Of a stretch of 58,114 nt of DNA, positions 43,784-53,703 are shown in pieces. A model generated the notes under the pieces. It worked only from the letters and a program-made list of their open reading frames with translations, did not search any database and was not told the DNA's origin. Source of the DNA: a virus (lineage: Duplodnaviria; Caudoviricetes); the IMG/VR virus record IMGVR_UViG_3300048770_000009, positions 1 to 58,114 of that record. One strand, written 5' to 3'. A program made the translations under genes and the position numbers. Within the stretch, counting starts at the first letter, position 1. Each line of letters opens with the position of its first letter.

Positions 43784-43893
43784 GGTTGCCTCGCCGGTTT
43801 CTGCCGCTTCCCGGCGATCACGCGGGCTCGAAGCAGAGCGGCGGTAGAGTCCGCGGCAACACAGAGTATCAGAGAAAAAGAATCGAGGCAACC
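43784..43893 (+). ncRNA. Candidate cis-regulatory RNA (three-way junction with kissing loops)
   Basis: P1 GTTGC/GCAAC, P2 TCGCCGG/CCGGCGA, P3 CGCGGGCTC/GAGTCCGCG, with complementary loops. Alternative 10-bp pairing to the RBS. Confidence 0.5.
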
Positions 43894-44079
43894 ATGGATA
43901 TGAGCTACTCGAAAGGTAAGAATATGTTTAAGGCCAAGAAGATCCCGATTCCTGGCAATGAGCAATTCCACATGAAGCAGGAGGAGCCGCTGAACAACGG
44001 CGCCGCCGAGAAACCATCGAACATCAAGCCAAAGAGGGCCGGACAGCGTATCTTTGGCAAGAAGGCAGGCAGCAAATGA
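43894..44079 (+). CDS. Small basic protein
   Basis: GAGG RBS; ATGA overlap. Confidence 0.55.
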   Translation: MDMSYSKGKNMFKAKKIPIPGNEQFHMKQEEPLNNGAAEKPSNIKPKRAGQRIFGKKAGSK

Positions 44080-44516
44080 GCAAACCAGGCTACAGCGGTA
44101 ACCAGTACATCCTCGACATCAACGCCGACTCCGGCGCGTTCGTCAACATTGTCGCTAAGTCCACTGTCCGCCGGCTCGTGGTCGAGGAGAGCAGCATCAC
44201 GGTGGCCGGTGGCGCCAACACGCTCCAGGGCATCCTCCAATACAAAGTGCCGAACGACAACACACTCAACGGCTTCGCAACCATCTTCCAGGCCGTCGGC
44301 GGCAACACCGAAGCGGCCGAGGGAACGGTGGTCGTCGCCAAGTTCGAGTTGGGCAACAAGGTTGGCCAGATCGGTGCATGGGGCGAGATTATCGGCCAGC
44401 TTGGGCAGCCGATCATCGGAAACAACCCTCCAGGGCTCACCAATGCCACCGTCATGGCGCAGGTACGGTCTGGAACCGGGACCGGGACCAGCGTCATGGT
44501 CACCGAGTACAACTGA
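44076..44516 (+). CDS. Putative virion structural protein
   Basis: Beta-rich 146 aa, upstream of portal. Confidence 0.55.
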   Translation: MSKPGYSGNQYILDINADSGAFVNIVAKSTVRRLVVEESSITVAGGANTLQGILQYKVPNDNTLNGFATIFQAVGGNTEAAEGTVVVAKFELGNKVGQIGAWGEIIGQLGQPIIGNNPPGLTNATVMAQVRSGTGTGTSVMVTEYN

Positions 44517-44842
44517 TGAAACTCCCTTGGGTATCCCGCGAACGGTTCGACGAGGAGCGCGCCCGCGCCGTAAAGGCCGAAACTGCGCTTGAGGAACTCC
44601 GCCAGAAGTTCCTCGACTACATCCAGAACCAGCAGTTGGCCGCTCCGGTGATCGGCGAGAATACGGACCTGTCGAAGATTCAACCCATCGCGGGCAGGCC
44701 CACCATCGCCAACATCATCGACATTGCCAACCGGGACGCCTACAGGGCAGCTCAAGTCCCTGGCGCGAAGAGTGTCACCGAGCAACTTGCAGAGGCCCGT
44801 TCCAAAATGAACCGAGTCAAGGCGGCAGCGAATGGCAACTAA
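44516..44842 (+). CDS. Hypothetical coiled-coil protein
   Basis: MKLPWVSRERF...; TGATG overlap. Confidence 0.6.
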   Translation: MKLPWVSRERFDEERARAVKAETALEELRQKFLDYIQNQQLAAPVIGENTDLSKIQPIAGRPTIANIIDIANRDAYRAAQVPGAKSVTEQLAEARSKMNRVKAAANGN

Positions 44843-47429
44843 TCCTCCCGTACTCCAGATGAGCGCCATGCAGCCTGGGCAGCCCCAGCAGGGTGCGCAG
44901 CAGGACCAGCCTACGCCCAATGTCGAGCGCAGCCCGCAGAACCCCCTGCGCGGCGATGCTGACTCCCCTGGGCGGTTTGGCGGCCTCACGAAAGAGGAAG
45001 CTCTCAGGGTTTCAGGGGAGATCGTCCAGCCATTCAGAACGCAGTGGGCCACCGATCGCATCATGAAGATGCCGAACTGGCTCAAGTCCACCGAGTACGA
45101 CAAGGGTAAGCAGATTCTGGGCTGGGACCCAATCAGCCGGACCTACTTCGACGCCGTGGCGTGGTATCGCCAGAACAACCAGGAATCCGACTACAGCTAC
45201 CTCGAAAAGTACGTCAACAACATCACCCAAACCTGCCGGCGCAACTTCACTTCCGCCGTGGCGCGCGCTGTGCCGCCCGTTGTGATTCGCCCCGAGAACG
45301 CCGAGAACCTGGCCGACATGACGACTGCCAAGGCCGCGCAGGAGGCTATCTCGATCATCGAGGAAGCAAACGCCGTCAAGGGCTTGCTTGGGCTGGAGTC
45401 GCAATATCTCTTCCTGTATGGCGTCTACTTCAAGTGGACCCGGTTTGTGATCGATGGAGTCTGGGTCGGCTACAAGGATGAGCCGGTGTTTGGCGAGGTC
45501 CAGGCCAAAATCTCAGACGACCACTTCCACTGCCTGAATTGCGGGCAGAACTCCTCTGAAACCGACGTAGCGCAGTCCGGAGCTATGAAGTGCCCGAAGT
45601 GCCAGGCACCGCTCAATCCCCAAGACTTCCAACCCGGCGAGTCCACAACCGGCATCGGGCAGGTTGGCACCAAGAAGAAGCCCAACGGTTTGCCGAAGTG
45701 GTCGATCTATTCCCCGCTCCAGGTGGACACGGACCCCACCAAGGAGTACCTGGCCGACGTTCCGCTCCTGGCGCTTGAATGGGAAGTGGATGCATCGGAC
45801 ATTCGCGCCACGTTCCCCGACATGGCCGCCGAGATCACCGAGGGCGTCGAGAGCGCGACCAATGACAATGCCAGCTACGAGCGGCTGGTCCGGACGATGG
45901 TTTACTCGTCCTCATTCTCGGTCACCGCCGACATCTTCGCGGCGCGCGGCACTTACTCTCTGGTCTGGGTGCAGCCAAACTCCTACTACCGAATCTCGAA
46001 CGACGACGCCTTTGTACAGAAACTGCAGCAGTTGTTCCCCTACGGTCTGAAGTTGAGCATGTGGGGCCCGCTGGTTCTTAACTGCGAACCGGCCGTGCTG
46101 GTCAAAGAGTGGTCCTGCTGTAAACTCCACCGTGGGTATGGCCTGTATCCGCCCAGCGTGGCTGACAATGTTGTTCCCTTCAACGAGCGTTTCAATGCCA
46201 TCAACAATATCCTCGATGACTACATGGAGCGCTGCTCGACCGGCATCACGCTGGTTGATACCCGCCGCATCGACATTCGACAGATGAGCGGAAAGCCGCT
46301 GACCGGCGAGGTGCTCAATCCAACCCCGTCCATCGGCGAGGGTGTAACCCAGCCATTATCGAATGCTATCTATCATTTCCAGTTCCAGATGGACCCCGGC
46401 CTGATGAACTATCTCGACCGGCTCTGGAACTATTGCCAGATCATCTCCGGCATTCCCCCGCAGGTGTCCGGCACCGGTACTACTCCCGGCGTCGAGACGG
46501 GCAAAGGTCAGAAGCAGATGCTTGACCAGGCCATGGGACCGCTGGGCGACGTGTACGACTCCATCAAAGACGAGCACGCCTGGGCTGGGCAGAACGCTAT
46601 CGAGTGCCTGCAGGTCAACATGGCGTACACCGGTTCGCTCTGGAAGGTGATCGAAGAGAACGGTTCGGAGTTCCGGAACAACTACGTTCATCTCGATGAG
46701 ATGCAGGGGCGAGTGAGGGTGAAGGCCAACACAGACGAAGGCCTGCCCATGACGCCAGAGCAAAAGCGCCAATGGTGCGAGACCATCATGGAGATGGCCG
46801 AGAAACAGAACCCCGCGGCGATCGCATGGCTAGACGAGACTGCCAACCAGCAACTGCTTAACGATTACTGGGGCCTGCCTGGCTCTGTTGCGCCCGGCGC
46901 TGCGCAGAGGTCGAAGACCCTCCAAGACATTCGCCGACTGCTCCAGACGCCGCCTACGCCGAAGATTGACCCCAAGACCGGCCAGCAGATGCTGGACCCG
47001 GACGACGGCTCGCCGATGTTCCAACCCTCGATCGCGCCCAACAAGTGGGTTGAGGATTACGGCATCCTGCTGCCAACGATAGATCAATTTTGCGCAGAAA
47101 ACTGCGATGTGAAGACGCAGAATCCTCTTGGATGGCAGAATGTAATAGCTTTCAAGCGGCTGGCGCTTGATTATCAGAGCCAAGTTTCTGGGTATATGCA
47201 GAAACTAAAAATGCAAGCCGCCAAGGAAGGGCAGCCACCGCCGCCGCAGCCTAACCCCACAGTTCAACAGATGGAGGCCGCCGCGCTCCAGGATGCCATG
47301 ACGGGACTTAGTAACCTCACAAAGCAGAGTTCCATGCCGCCGCTGGGACCGAGCGCAAGCATCGCAGGGCAGGTTTCAGCCGGAAAGCAATTGGTTTCAG
47401 AAGTTGCAAAATTCCTTTCACCACAGTAG
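44832..47429 (+). CDS. Portal protein
   Basis: 865 aa at the start of the head module. YVNNI, IISGIPPQVSG...ETG.G pattern and Gln/Pro-rich C-terminus as in P22-like portals. Confidence 0.75.
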   Translation: MATNPPVLQMSAMQPGQPQQGAQQDQPTPNVERSPQNPLRGDADSPGRFGGLTKEEALRVSGEIVQPFRTQWATDRIMKMPNWLKSTEYDKGKQILGWDPISRTYFDAVAWYRQNNQESDYSYLEKYVNNITQTCRRNFTSAVARAVPPVVIRPENAENLADMTTAKAAQEAISIIEEANAVKGLLGLESQYLFLYGVYFKWTRFVIDGVWVGYKDEPVFGEVQAKISDDHFHCLNCGQNSSETDVAQSGAMKCPKCQAPLNPQDFQPGESTTGIGQVGTKKKPNGLPKWSIYSPLQVDTDPTKEYLADVPLLALEWEVDASDIRATFPDMAAEITEGVESATNDNASYERLVRTMVYSSSFSVTADIFAARGTYSLVWVQPNSYYRISNDDAFVQKLQQLFPYGLKLSMWGPLVLNCEPAVLVKEWSCCKLHRGYGLYPPSVADNVVPFNERFNAINNILDDYMERCSTGITLVDTRRIDIRQMSGKPLTGEVLNPTPSIGEGVTQPLSNAIYHFQFQMDPGLMNYLDRLWNYCQIISGIPPQVSGTGTTPGVETGKGQKQMLDQAMGPLGDVYDSIKDEHAWAGQNAIECLQVNMAYTGSLWKVIEENGSEFRNNYVHLDEMQGRVRVKANTDEGLPMTPEQKRQWCETIMEMAEKQNPAAIAWLDETANQQLLNDYWGLPGSVAPGAAQRSKTLQDIRRLLQTPPTPKIDPKTGQQMLDPDDGSPMFQPSIAPNKWVEDYGILLPTIDQFCAENCDVKTQNPLGWQNVIAFKRLALDYQSQVSGYMQKLKMQAAKEGQPPPPQPNPTVQQMEAAALQDAMTGLSNLTKQSSMPPLGPSASIAGQVSAGKQLVSEVAKFLSPQ

Positions 47430-47438
47430 GGAGAATCC

Positions 47439-47867
47439 ATGCAAAAGCAGTTCAACGACTCTATAATCTACGTCCGGAACGGCAAGCCCCTTCCGGCCAT
47501 CGTGCTCGCGTCCCAGGCAACAGCCGAAGGCGAGCTTCTCACTCTGCTCTACGCAGATCCAGTAAACGGTCCTCAGTTGCTTGCGCAGGGCACCACGCGC
47601 GGCATTGCGCAGGTCCAGAAGGCAGTTGCGCCGTTCGTCGAGGGGAACATGTTCGGCTGGAAGCCATGGGGAGAGGTCGCCCCAACTGAACCTCCCACCG
47701 CCCCCGAGCAACTCGACGAGGCGCAAGGCCCGGTGGAACCCGGCGCGCCAGAGTCGCCACACGCGATTGAGCCGATCATGCCGACCGACCCCACTTCGTA
47801 TGAGAGCGTTGAAGCCGCCAAGGCCGCCGCGCTTGCCGCCGAGAACCCGGAATCAAAACCGGAATAA
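47439..47867 (+). CDS. Hypothetical virion-module protein
   Basis: GGGAG RBS; lies between portal and scaffold. Confidence 0.65.
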   Translation: MQKQFNDSIIYVRNGKPLPAIVLASQATAEGELLTLLYADPVNGPQLLAQGTTRGIAQVQKAVAPFVEGNMFGWKPWGEVAPTEPPTAPEQLDEAQGPVEPGAPESPHAIEPIMPTDPTSYESVEAAKAAALAAENPESKPE

Positions 47868-47889
47868 TCTGAGCCCAGTTTTACAATAG

Positions 47890-47917
47890 GGGTCGCCTTC
47901 GGGCGGCCCTTTCCTTT
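47890..47917 (+). terminator. Intrinsic terminator
   Basis: GGGTCGCC-TTCG-GGCGGCCC-TTTCCTTT. Confidence 0.75.
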
Positions 47918-47972
47918 GCAGCCCACAACCTGACGGGACAAGTTCCCGCAGTCTTTTGAAGGAGCACCACCC

Positions 47973-49721
47973 ATGGCATCGACCCCAGTAGTACCGATTT
48001 CTGCCGCGCCAGCAGCACCGGCCCCGGCTCCAGCGCCCGCCGCGGCTCCTCCAGCCGCACCAGCCGCAGTAGCGGCCCCGTCCACCCCAGCGCCTGCTGC
48101 GCCGTCCGCTGCGCCAACAGCCCCGGCTACACCAGCAGCGGGCGCCCCGCCTGCAACACCCAGCGGCCCCCAGCCGCCGGCGAAGCTCAACCCCGGCGAG
48201 TATGGCAACGCCGTTGATTCCTACCAAGCCGAGGTAACCTGGCGGCAAGAGCTTGAAGCGTTCAAGGCAGAGAACCCAGGAGTGGCCGTCGATGATGAAT
48301 CGCCATGGGTTGGCACTGAGACGAAACCAGCGGAAGGTGAGACGCCGGCTGCCGATGCTGCCGCAACACCGGCAGACGCTGAGACAAAGCCGGCTGAGAC
48401 TGAGACTCCCGCGGCCGACGCCGATGCAGAGACATTTTCTCTGGATGAAGGTCCGGCGTCACTCACACCACAGGCTCTAAACGATCTTCTCAAGGGCGAC
48501 GAAGCGCTCAAGGCTGCGATTGAAGGCAACCCCGCCGCCAAGGGTGCGCTGTTCAAGATGGCCCGCGAGCACGCGGAACTGTCGCAATTCAAGGGCATCT
48601 TCCCGAACAAGGACGCCGCTACCTTCGCGCGCGACACTGCCAACCGCACCGTTGGGCTCCGCTCACAGTTCCAGATGGCCGAGACCCCCGAGGGGATGTC
48701 CAAAGCCTTCGATAGCTTCATGCAGGAGTTTGCCGTCATCGGCGCCGACGGCAAGCAGGTGGTGGACGAGACCGGATCACCGGTTTACGGAGACGACCTC
48801 TATCTGTTCGGCGAGCACGTCGTCGACCGCTATGCGGACAGTTCGCTGGCCGAGGTAGACGCCCGCCTGGCCGCCAACCAGTACACAGACGAGGCCCAGC
48901 GCGAGCGCGACAACGACCTCAAACTGGCGCTGTCGATCATCAAGGACGACCTCCACCCGGCAGACGGCAACCCAGGCGCGAAGAAAGACCCCGACCTCTC
49001 CCACCTGCCCGACGATGTGCGCAAGGAAGTCCAGGGCAGGCTTGATGAGGCCAAGAGGATCGAGGCTGCCAATGCCGAGGCTAAGGCTGGTGGCAAGAAG
49101 CAATCCCGCGACCAGGTGCGCAAGGAAGGGACGCAACAATTCTTCAAGGACGCCAGCACGCGGACCTTCCAGCAGGTGGACAAGATCATCGACGGGCTGC
49201 GCAAGGCCGGAGCCATCATTCCCGACTGGCAACTCAACACCCCGCTACCGGGCACCCAGACGAGCGCCTTTAAGAACGCCGTCGGCATGGAGATCGAGAA
49301 CCATATCAAGGCCGACCCCTACGAGTCCAACAAGCAACTCCAGCTTGAGGTCCAGTACCTCGCCAATCCCACACCGGAGAACATGGCGGCCCGCGTCCAG
49401 GCGTTCGACTCCATGCTCCAATCAAGGGACGAAACAGGAAAAAGCCTCCTCAACCGCATCGTTACCAAGTTGGTCAGGAAGTACGGTTCCGAGGTCCAGA
49501 CGGCGGCGCAGAGCCAGCAAACAGGCAAGGCACCGACCGCCAGTACCGAGCCAAAAGCAGGCCCGGCGGTGCAACCAAAGCAGATGAATGCTGACGAAGC
49601 ATGGTCCACCGCAACGAATCAACTTGCCAAAGAGGTAAAAGACTGGCATTCTCTTAGTGATAGCGAACGCCTGAGTCAGGTATTTGCGCGGCAACGCGAG
49701 ATTCTGACGGCGAAACGCTGA
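47973..49721 (+). CDS. Putative capsid scaffolding protein
   Basis: Pro/Ala-rich acidic N-terminus with a helical body; located between portal and major capsid. Confidence 0.65.
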   Translation: MASTPVVPISAAPAAPAPAPAPAAAPPAAPAAVAAPSTPAPAAPSAAPTAPATPAAGAPPATPSGPQPPAKLNPGEYGNAVDSYQAEVTWRQELEAFKAENPGVAVDDESPWVGTETKPAEGETPAADAAATPADAETKPAETETPAADADAETFSLDEGPASLTPQALNDLLKGDEALKAAIEGNPAAKGALFKMAREHAELSQFKGIFPNKDAATFARDTANRTVGLRSQFQMAETPEGMSKAFDSFMQEFAVIGADGKQVVDETGSPVYGDDLYLFGEHVVDRYADSSLAEVDARLAANQYTDEAQRERDNDLKLALSIIKDDLHPADGNPGAKKDPDLSHLPDDVRKEVQGRLDEAKRIEAANAEAKAGGKKQSRDQVRKEGTQQFFKDASTRTFQQVDKIIDGLRKAGAIIPDWQLNTPLPGTQTSAFKNAVGMEIENHIKADPYESNKQLQLEVQYLANPTPENMAARVQAFDSMLQSRDETGKSLLNRIVTKLVRKYGSEVQTAAQSQQTGKAPTASTEPKAGPAVQPKQMNADEAWSTATNQLAKEVKDWHSLSDSERLSQVFARQREILTAKR

Positions 49722-49787
49722 CAAGAAAACCCAAAGAGGGGGCTTAGTAGCGAAATGCGAAAGGCCCCGAGAGTTTTAAGGAGCAGG

Positions 49788-50516
49788 ATGCATCTACCGT
49801 CATACCGAGGATATGTTTACTTGATCGGCTCCAGTCGCTTCGGCTGGTACAAGATCGGCATGTCCAAGAAAGTGGCGATCCGTGTCGAGGACATTGGAGT
49901 CCTGCTCCCCTTCAAAATCGAGGTTTTCGCTGTTTGGATGGTCACCAACCCCCAGGCGGTAGAAGCAGCGCTCCATGAGAGATTCTCTCGATACAGCATC
50001 AATGGAGAGTGGTTTAGTTTCGACAGGCAGCAGTTGAGGTCTGCGGTTTACACGCGAACCACATTCGGTATGGAGCGGATATTCCCCGGAGATGTTGACG
50101 TGCGATCGCTCTCTGGCTTTTCAAACATGCCGGAGGATATCGTTCAAGCCACATGGACCACAGAGCCTCAGATCGAATACAGATCAGAAATTGGGTTCAT
50201 GGATCTCGTCAAAGATTGGCTGGAAGTAAATGGGTTGGACTACACCCGCGAAAACAGGAAAGCGGCTAGGGATGCGGTAGTCTCGCTTTTCCGGGAGAAG
50301 CGGTCCAGCATAAAGGCCATCGTCAAGCCGAGTAGTAAGAAGTCTAAACCAGCGCCGGGTAATCCGGTAGACTTTCCGGCTTTGATGGAAGCATGGTTGG
50401 TTCAAGAAGGTTTGGAGCCGACCTCGCAGAACAAGAATTTGGCACGCAACGCAGTACAGCAGTCCTTGAAAGAAAGTCGAGAGCAAGCTGAAAACGGCAC
50501 TCAATTGGTGATGTGA
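49788..50516 (+). CDS. GIY-YIG-like (T5orf172/MUG113) protein
   Basis: GYVYLI...YKIGMS...R...EAALHERF...GEWF. AT-richer insert with AAGGAG RBS. Confidence 0.85.
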   Translation: MHLPSYRGYVYLIGSSRFGWYKIGMSKKVAIRVEDIGVLLPFKIEVFAVWMVTNPQAVEAALHERFSRYSINGEWFSFDRQQLRSAVYTRTTFGMERIFPGDVDVRSLSGFSNMPEDIVQATWTTEPQIEYRSEIGFMDLVKDWLEVNGLDYTRENRKAARDAVVSLFREKRSSIKAIVKPSSKKSKPAPGNPVDFPALMEAWLVQEGLEPTSQNKNLARNAVQQSLKESREQAENGTQLVM

Positions 50517-50701
50517 TTAACCATCGACGTATTACCCGCCCGACGGGGTTAGGTCAAAGCACACCATTTTAGAGAGTCAGTTTTCGGTAACGTTCTCACA
50601 TCCAAAAGCCGCATCAGCGCATTGCTGGCGCGCGACAATCACTCCAAGAAACCTGAACCACCGCGAGCACGCCTCTGTGCGTCCGCGAAGGAGTGTATAC
50701 C

Positions 50702-52006
50702 ATGGCAGCTCCCAACTTCACCACAGCATCGGCTGATTCCGTCATCATGCTGCAAACCTATACGCCGCCCAAGGAAGTCATTGAGAATATGGAGTCCGAA
50801 CTGGACCGCCGGTTCTCGACCATGGGCCCGCAGACCATCACCAGCCTCCAAGAGTTCCGCGTCATGCTCCAGTACGAGTACGGTGGCAGCTTCGGCGCAG
50901 GTTCGACCGACGGCGGCAACTACCCCACCGGCACCGGCGGAGCGTACAACGAGGGCATCATGACCCCCGTCGAGATCCTTCTGGCCATCACCTGCACCGA
51001 CCTCCAGAAGCGCATCGGCTCCAGCGGCAAGACGGTAATCGCCGTCAACCCCGTGGACAAACTCGTTGCCGACGCTCACACCAAGATGCCCAAGAAGCGC
51101 AATCAGTCGCTCCAGGGCTTCAACACCGGCCAGATTGCCACCGTGTCGGCGACCTATGCCGGCGGCGGCGCCAATCCCATCGCTCTCGCCACAACCCCGT
51201 TCGGTTCCCGCCTGATTGACATTCAGGACACCGTACAGTTCATGTCTGGAGACGGCAACTTCACCCTGCGCGGTTCGGCTGTTGTGGTCGACGCTCCCAA
51301 GAACGGTATTGGCACCGGCAACCAGATCACCGTGGATAACGTTCCGGCGGGCGTGGTCGCTGGCGATTATGTCATGGTCAACAACGTGGCGTCCCTCTCT
51401 CCACTGTTCTTCAACGGAATCCAGTACATCGTCAGTCCCAACACGACCGGCGAGTATCTGGGCATGGACCGCAGCCTGTCTTATGTGCAGTCTCCGGCCT
51501 ACAACGCCAATTCCCTGCTCACTCTCGGCATCGTCGAGACCTTCCTCACCAGGATGCAGCAGGCTCTGGGCAACACCACGTACAACCGCGACCGCCCAAA
51601 GAACTTCTGGTACGGGCACAACGCGCAGCGGGCGTCGTGGAACCAGTTGGGCTTTGCTATCCAACAGGTGACCATGCCGACAGGCAAGGCCCCCAAGTTC
51701 GATGGCGTTCCCGACACGTTCACCATGGAGATGATTGCCGGCGTCGAGTGGCTTCTGGACACCGTGGCCGCAGTCGACAAGCTCTACTTCATGGACCGCG
51801 CCAGCATGATCCGGTGCCGCTTCAACGACGCTCCGCAGTTCGTTCCGGGGCAGATTGAGGGCATCTGGTTCCAGCGGCCGTCCGGCAGCAACACATCCAG
51901 CTTCAAAGATGCGTGGCTGTACGATGCGGTCAACTATGCTTCGAGGAACAACTGGACCTCGGGCGTGATCTACGGCTTGACCATCCAGTCCAGCTTCTCC
52001 AACTAA
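50702..52006 (+). CDS. Major capsid protein
   Basis: 434 aa after the scaffold, strongly biased codons, AAGGAG RBS, FNGIQYIV...YLGMDRS pattern. Confidence 0.75.
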   Translation: MAAPNFTTASADSVIMLQTYTPPKEVIENMESELDRRFSTMGPQTITSLQEFRVMLQYEYGGSFGAGSTDGGNYPTGTGGAYNEGIMTPVEILLAITCTDLQKRIGSSGKTVIAVNPVDKLVADAHTKMPKKRNQSLQGFNTGQIATVSATYAGGGANPIALATTPFGSRLIDIQDTVQFMSGDGNFTLRGSAVVVDAPKNGIGTGNQITVDNVPAGVVAGDYVMVNNVASLSPLFFNGIQYIVSPNTTGEYLGMDRSLSYVQSPAYNANSLLTLGIVETFLTRMQQALGNTTYNRDRPKNFWYGHNAQRASWNQLGFAIQQVTMPTGKAPKFDGVPDTFTMEMIAGVEWLLDTVAAVDKLYFMDRASMIRCRFNDAPQFVPGQIEGIWFQRPSGSNTSSFKDAWLYDAVNYASRNNWTSGVIYGLTIQSSFSN

Positions 52007-52009
52007 CCC

Positions 52010-52705
52010 ATGAACAATCCATTGCAGGATACCCCAGCGGAAGTAACGGACAAGCTACTCCGCTGGGGCGGCAAGAACGAGCACGGCGACCCCAACTGGC
52101 GCATCATCCTGGCGGAGAATCATCTCGTCCAGCGCGCCGGCATGTGGACGGAGTTCGCCGACGAGACCGAACAGGTCCAGTTTGAGACCGTGGGGAAGGA
52201 TGTCCGGTACACCACCAGGCAGATTGCCCCCGACGCTATCAGGATCGGCATGTTCTGGGTTCCACTCTACCCCTGCCAAGGCTGGATTCTCGAACGCTGG
52301 TTTCCTGCATCGGCCTACGGCTCCCGGCAACAGTGGGAGTCTGCGCTGTCTCAGGACGGCGTAACCCCCATGATGGGACCATTCCCCGAGAAGGGCGGAT
52401 ACTTCATGCCGTCCGGCGGTGGACCCTGGCCGCAGATTCCATTGCTTGAGGACGTAAGAGCGTCAATCGCGGCATGGGAGAACGCTCCGCACCTTCATGG
52501 AACGATCGATGAGGCTGCGATAGCCCGCGCGATGCAGCGGGATATCGAGGAGGCGGACGCCAAAGAGGAGGCCCAGTACGAGGCTTTCTTGAAGGAAGTC
52601 ACCTACCAGCGATTGAGCCATCTCGAATCGATCAAAGGGAATCCGGCACTCAGCGGGTTCCGCAACCGTCTCGTCAACGCTCAAGGGTTGATGAGTCATA
52701 CCTAA
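52010..52705 (+). CDS. Virion-module hypothetical protein
   Basis: WILERW motif; follows the capsid gene. Confidence 0.65.
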   Translation: MNNPLQDTPAEVTDKLLRWGGKNEHGDPNWRIILAENHLVQRAGMWTEFADETEQVQFETVGKDVRYTTRQIAPDAIRIGMFWVPLYPCQGWILERWFPASAYGSRQQWESALSQDGVTPMMGPFPEKGGYFMPSGGGPWPQIPLLEDVRASIAAWENAPHLHGTIDEAAIARAMQRDIEEADAKEEAQYEAFLKEVTYQRLSHLESIKGNPALSGFRNRLVNAQGLMSHT

Positions 52706-52751
52706 CCTCGCGGGACAAGTTCTCGGAGCGCAACAGAAGGAGCGTACCACC

Positions 52752-53696
52752 ATGGCAACCTCAGTAATCACCCCTCCCATCATCGGCGCCGACTCCGCTC
52801 TTGCCGGCGGCGGCAAACCAGACTTCGCGCATCTTGGCCAAGCAGCCCAGGAGCGTCTACGGCTACGTGAACGCAAGATCACCGAATTGGAACTGCGCGG
52901 CGAGATCAAGCCTGCGACCATCCTCAATCGTTCACCGTTCCCGCTCAAGGTCGAGACTGGCCTCTGGGATTACCAATGCCCGGCCCGGCCATTTGATAAG
53001 CCGTTCTCCTCGCTGACCGTCACCGGCACCAGAAGCCTTCCCATCTACCGCGGCAACCAAGAGATGTCCGACAAAAGCCTTCGCGCGCGCTACGACGTGA
53101 AGATCCTGCTTCCCGTCGAGCAACTGATGGAGTTCAAACACTGGTACGTGGGCGAGACCGACGAAGACCGGCTAGTGAAATCGGGCGGCGTGGTGGTCTT
53201 TGAGGGCACCATGGACGGTCTCAAGCCGGCCGACACGGTGCGCGTTCCTGAGTACGTCTTCCGCAAGGGAGAGCGGTACTTGCGGTTTGTCGATCGCACG
53301 CTCAAAGATATGCTGGCCGATGCCGATGAGCAGCTTTACAATCACTGTCACGCGGTTCTGATGGAAGCGAACCACGACGCCGACGACCCCCAGAAGCGCA
53401 AGAATATCCAGAAGTACCAGCACATCGTGGCAGACTTCATGCTTCACATGAAGCAAATCCAGAACGCCCCGTCCTGGCGCAATGTCCAGTTCAAGGCCGA
53501 GGATTGCTGCCCGCGCTGCAATGCCCAGTATGTCTCGAAGACTGGCATGTGCAAGTGCAGTTACGTGGTGGACCCGCTGCTGGCGTTTATGAGCGGTGAA
53601 ATCTCGGTTGACCATGTGAGGATGAACACGCTGACAGCCGAGCAGTGGAAGAAGGCCAAAGCCGAACAAGCACGGCGCGTAGAAGCGCAGAAGTAG
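52752..53696 (+). CDS. Virion-module protein with C-terminal Zn finger
   Basis: CPRC...CKC; AAGGAG RBS. Confidence 0.65.
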   Translation: MATSVITPPIIGADSALAGGGKPDFAHLGQAAQERLRLRERKITELELRGEIKPATILNRSPFPLKVETGLWDYQCPARPFDKPFSSLTVTGTRSLPIYRGNQEMSDKSLRARYDVKILLPVEQLMEFKHWYVGETDEDRLVKSGGVVVFEGTMDGLKPADTVRVPEYVFRKGERYLRFVDRTLKDMLADADEQLYNHCHAVLMEANHDADDPQKRKNIQKYQHIVADFMLHMKQIQNAPSWRNVQFKAEDCCPRCNAQYVSKTGMCKCSYVVDPLLAFMSGEISVDHVRMNTLTAEQWKKAKAEQARRVEAQK

Positions 53697-53703
53697 GGTA
53701 GCA

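Noticed and set aside
50605-50660. Displaced scaffold C-terminus after the GIY-YIG-like gene (RISALLAR vs RLSQVFAR)
   Set aside because: Similarity is too short and does not extend to a matching stop.
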